NCBI GenBank assembly: GCA_965223615.1
Contig: CBDCXB010000002.1
Location: forward strand, 114,267-178,266
Source: Nitrospirales bacterium
GTDB taxonomy: Bacteria; Nitrospirota; Nitrospiria; Nitrospirales; UBA8639
Reading direction: 5' to 3'
Length of the DNA stretch: 64,000 nt
In this document: piece after piece, positions 61,735 to 64,000 of the stretch
How positions within the stretch are numbered: the stretch's first letter is position 1
How the letters are laid out: each line of letters begins with the position of its first letter
Notes under the pieces: model-generated
Database searches by the model: none
What the model saw: only the letters and a program-made list of their open reading frames with translations
Told to the model about the DNA's origin: nothing
Program-made: the position numbers and the translations under genes

Positions 61735-62924
61735 TGCCGATTTAACACCGGGTAGACAGAGAAAATGGGAGTTCCGTAGGGAACCAGCGCACTTTCTCTT
61801 CCTGGAAGCAGTTGTAAATGAAGATTGACAAAATTGAAACTAAGCCCTTCCTGCCAGGGCTGAGAAAGGTTATGGACGTATGATTCGACCTTATCGGAGG
61901 CATAGGTCCGAGTCATGAGGCCTGCGCCCCCCTGAAGCCCGTAATCCCCCAGATCCGGGGCTCCTTGGATCAAAAGGGACACGATAGCCGCATCAAACCA
62001 GAATTTCATATTACAACTGACTTGAACAAATGGCCCTAAACTGCCCGTATGTTCCAGAACGGCCATTGGGTAAGCGAATTCAGGAGGTATTTGAGGGTTA
62101 GATTCTGAAGGTTGAATAGTAAACTCCGGGTCCTTAATACCCGATACAGAAACAAAGACGAGATTGGGATCCCCAAGATCGATATCCAACACTTGACCAT
62201 CATGGTAGCTACACAATTTCCCCATCTCGTACCGTAAGGGAAAGGAATAGCCCATTTTCCCGAAGAAAATTCGGATTCCGGCTTCCAAAGGATCTTCCGG
62301 GCTTCGACTTATCTTCAGGTCAAAGGGCAAGAGCAGATGAAACGCTTGAGTCCGGGCATTCATGAAGGGAGCACAGGCCCCTGGAAATTCTTTATGGATG
62401 GCTACGTTCTCGGGTTCAAATTTTTTAGGGGGTCCTCCGAAGTGCTGGGCAGTTTTTGCCTCTTTGGATAACCGGTATTTTTCTTGAAAATAAGTAGAAG
62501 CACGTTTTTGGGCTCGATCCAGGAAATATTCAGGAAAGTCGGTTTCCACGATGAGGTTTTGGCGCTCGATGGATTGGGAACGGGCCACTTTCATCGCTTC
62601 GTTGTAGCGTTGAAGGTCGCTTTGGGTCTTATTGATTAAATGGGTTAAATCTCGGACGAGTTCGGGATCATCATAGCGTGTCTGAGGAAGAATTTGGCGG
62701 GCTTTTTGCAGTAATTCTAGTTTAGTCGTGTAACGTTTCGGTTCTGCGGAAAAAACGGTTGCAGTGGCCATGAGTAAATTAAACTGTTCTTCTGCCAGGA
62801 GACCCAACTGGGTAAGGTCTTGTTCCTTCACGAAGGCCAAGGCGAGGGGCCCAAAGGCTTCCTCTTGACGCAGGTGAAGGGTCAGGAGATAGTTGAGATA
62901 GGCTCTAGCGTCTTCTGAAGTCAT
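61689..62924 (-). CDS. Conserved-looking hypothetical protein
   Basis: 411-aa open frame with a helical N-terminus and a beta-rich C-terminus; no family recognised confidently. Confidence 0.75.
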   Translation of the reverse strand: MTSEDARAYLNYLLTLHLRQEEAFGPLALAFVKEQDLTQLGLLAEEQFNLLMATATVFSAEPKRYTTKLELLQKARQILPQTRYDDPELVRDLTHLINKTQSDLQRYNEAMKVARSQSIERQNLIVETDFPEYFLDRAQKRASTYFQEKYRLSKEAKTAQHFGGPPKKFEPENVAIHKEFPGACAPFMNARTQAFHLLLPFDLKISRSPEDPLEAGIRIFFGKMGYSFPLRYEMGKLCSYHDGQVLDIDLGDPNLVFVSVSGIKDPEFTIQPSESNPQIPPEFAYPMAVLEHTGSLGPFVQVSCNMKFWFDAAIVSLLIQGAPDLGDYGLQGGAGLMTRTYASDKVESYVHNLSQPWQEGLSFNFVNLHLQLLPGRESALVPYGTPIFSVYPVLNRQCYRYIDRKAMDQAS

Positions 62925-63109
62925 AACGGATTTCGGGACCGGGGAGCCATTCTAAGGAAATGGTTCCAAGCGAGGCAAGTCAATGAGTGAACGATTGCGA
63001 AATATTTGTTTTTCCCCATTTTTTCCAAGAGGGGGATTTCATCCAATCCCTCTCGATGGAAAAGGTCATTTAGTTGTGCAGACCGTAAACACAAAGCGAG
63101 GATCAGCTC

Positions 63110-63523
63110 ATGCCTAATGCCCTAAAACACCTAGGAATTGGACTTTTGGTCGTATCTTTTGGATTACTCGTCGTGGATCTCGAAGACACTTGGGCTTCAC
63201 CAGGTAAGGGGACCGAAAAATCCCCCGCTGCCTCGGCTCCCTCCAGCAAGGAAGGGATCGGTGACGGGAACCTGCAACGACAAATTCAAGACCTTGACGG
63301 GCAGATCCAGAAACTTCGGAAACAAAGTCTGGAATTGCAGGAGCGAACCCGTGCAAAATTGCAGGCTCAGTTAGATACCCTACGGCAACAACGTGATACT
63401 CTGCTCCCCCGGATCGAAAAACTTCGAGATAATAGTGAGAGCGCTTGGCAAGAGGTGAAAGAAAATATTCAAGGGGCTATCGAAGATCTCAAAAAATCCG
63501 TTGAAGCGTTTGAAAAAAATTAG
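63110..63523 (+). CDS. Exported coiled-coil hypothetical protein
   Basis: Signal/TM, then heptad-like sequence ending SESAWQEVKENIQGAIEDLKKS. Confidence 0.8.
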   Translation: MPNALKHLGIGLLVVSFGLLVVDLEDTWASPGKGTEKSPAASAPSSKEGIGDGNLQRQIQDLDGQIQKLRKQSLELQERTRAKLQAQLDTLRQQRDTLLPRIEKLRDNSESAWQEVKENIQGAIEDLKKSVEAFEKN

Positions 63524-63661
63524 CTCCCAGTTCCCTCCGGTTCTCCTTTCTTCGAGGCCGGTCCCTTCTGAACATTTCGTTCTCTCTTACCGATTGTCCT
63601 GGCTTGCGATCTGAATATCAGATCTTGCTTCCATTCCCTGCCCTTCTTACACTCTACATCC

Positions 63662-64000
63662 ATGGGGCCATTCTCACTTAACCATCAAACTACTCAGGTT
63701 TTGGAGTGGCCGGTCTTACTGGAGTATCTGGCTCAGGAGGCTGCTTCCAGTTTAGGCAAAACTCAGTGCCGTTCCTTAAAGCCGGCTCTCGACCTTCCCT
63801 CCGCGCAGTTTCAGCAAAAAGAAACGGAAGAAATGATGAATATGATGGAGGGGCCGAATCCGCCCCAGCCCATTGCCTTCCCCGATATTGAAAACATGCT
63901 GGTCCGTGCCAGTAAAGAAGGGATCTTGACTGGGGCCGATCTTCGGGACATTTCTTTGGTGTTGGGCCTGGGGCAACAAGTCCGGCAGCTGCTTCTGTTT
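63662..64000 (+). CDS. mutS2: Endonuclease MutS2, 5' part (runs off the window)
   Basis: Manual translation MGPFSLNHQTTQVLEWPVLLEYLAQEAASSLGKTQC...RASKEGILTGADL matches the MutS2 N-terminus. Confidence 0.8.
   Translation, partial: MGPFSLNHQTTQVLEWPVLLEYLAQEAASSLGKTQCRSLKPALDLPSAQFQQKETEEMMNMMEGPNPPQPIAFPDIENMLVRASKEGILTGADLRDISLVLGLGQQVRQLLLF

Overview
Bacterial chromosomal window, most likely a Nitrospirales/Nitrospiraceae member (inference from gene content and recalled lineage-typical hypothetical proteins; no database search was run). It has two parts. (1) About 1-22 kb is accessory and partly decayed. It holds Cys/Lys-rich secreted proteins, a YkgJ/FliB-like CxxCxxCC Fe-S protein overlapping a 16-aa-repeat peptide gene, and a PrpD-like / stand-alone NRPS A-PCP / CitE-like / AsnB cluster with gene remnants. 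It also holds a secreted metzincin locus with a chagasin-like inhibitor, and a 4.3-kb integrase-less island at tRNA-Thr(UGU) carrying two PEP-CTERM genes and an IS1182. (2) About 22-64 kb is mostly core: Zn-ADH, a sigma28-preceded Flg-rod-like gene, DegQ, tatC-mogA-mrp-moeA-mobB-hexaheme cytochrome-ABC2, RqcH/NFACT and a methyltransferase. It continues with an HprK-related kinase/PqqD/nucleotidyltransferase operon with a candidate precursor, a 1421-aa Cache/multi-TM/P-loop protein, the full trpEGDCFBA operon, LysM, a MoxR AAA with partner, ligA, MltB-like, CNNM, rlpA and the start of mutS2. Best candidates for undescribed systems are the YkgJ + repeat-peptide pair (possible new RiPP/Lys-modification system), the A-PCP/CitE/PrpD/AsnB organic-acid cluster and the kinase-RRE-nucleotidyltransferase peptide system. 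No CRISPR array or rRNA was seen.
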